Position numbers and translations under genes: made by a program. DNA of 64,000 nucleotides, taken from Octopus vulgaris (Eukaryota). The stretch is taken from positions 119,846,001 to 119,910,000 of the forward strand of contig OX597818.1 of the NCBI GenBank assembly GCA_951406725.2, in the 5' to 3' direction. Of the stretch, positions 63,394 to 64,000 are shown piece by piece. Below the pieces are notes generated by a model that was given only the letters and a program-made list of their open reading frames with translations, did not search any database and had not been told where the DNA came from. Numbering within the stretch: the first letter of the stretch is position 1; each line of letters begins with the position of its first letter.

Positions 63394-63790
63394 AGGCGCA
63401 GGAGTGGCTGTGTGGTAAGTAGCTTGCTAACCAACCACATGGTTCCGGGTTCACTCCCACTGCGTGGCATCTTGGGGAAGTGTCTTCTGCTATAGCCCCG
63501 GGCCGACCAATGCCTTGTGAGTGGATTTGGTAGACGGAAACTGAAAGAAGCCTGTCGTATATATGTATATATATATATGTGTGTGTATGTATTTGTGTGT
63601 CTGTGTTTGTCCCCCTAGCATTGCTTAACAACCGATGCTGGTGTGTTTACGTCCCCGTAACTTAGCGGTTCGGCAAAAGGGACCGATAGAATAAGTACTG
63701 GGCTTACAAAGAATAAGTCCCGGGGTCGATTTGCTCGACTAAAAGGCGGTGCTCCAGCATGGCCGCAGTCAAATGACTGAAACAAGTAAA
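63394..63790 (+). mobile_element. tRNA-derived SINE family A, representative full copy (~25-30 copies or fragments in window)
   Basis: Head ggcgcaggagtggctgtgtggtaag..ggttcagtccc (A/B-box-like), CORE-like ccttgggcaagtg, internal TA/TG microsatellite, tail ..aaatgactgaaacaagtaaaag. Other copies include ~4445-4830, 5490-5890, 7460-7795, 12375-13090, 25230-25630, 32935-33755, 36545-36960, 41595-41985, 45995-46440, 56020-56400, 59030-60105 and 62460-62835. Confidence 0.9.
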
Positions 63791-64000
63791 AAAGAAAGAA
63801 AAAGAAAAGAATACGTCTATATAGTCGTCTCAGAATCTAAAGTCCGAAAAAACAAGCACTCATATTTATTAGTAGGCGTGACTGTGTGGTAAAAAGCTTG
63901 CTTCCCAACTACATGATTCCGGGTTCAGACCCACCGCCTGGACAAGTGTTGTCTACTATAGCTTTGGGGGTTAATGTTAACAAGGACTTGTTAACATTGG

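Overview
Repeat-dense, AT-rich eukaryotic DNA. The SINE families and microsatellite load resemble an octopus/coleoid cephalopod genome (inference from recalled repeat families). The one host gene recognised is FAD synthase (FLAD1) on the minus strand. Eleven GT-AG exons from 54133 down to 18395 join in a consistent frame, covering the N-terminal molybdopterin-binding/CinA-like domain (IGDEILKG, TSGGVGPTHDDIT, FPGIP) and the PAPS-reductase-like FAD synthase domain ([24 protein letters not shown]). I could not locate the first or last coding exon. The rest is tRNA-derived and Nin-type SINEs, LINE remnants (RTE, CR1, R4/Dong-like), Tc1/mariner remnants, a Helitron-like element, piggyBac-like MITEs, a tRNA-Gln pseudogene and a local segmental duplication. 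Almost all ORFs in the supplied track are artefacts of these repeats. The most striking non-obvious signal is about ten type-I hammerhead-ribozyme-like motifs. Three have an intact core and helices (8505-8592 -, 29663-29711 +, 62193-62286 +). They belong to several different short non-coding elements that nearly always sit in or against (TA)n microsatellites, consistent with Penelope-like/retrozyme-type elements. A candidate unannotated FLAD1 alternative exon (40358-40470) could give a FADS-domain-only isoform.
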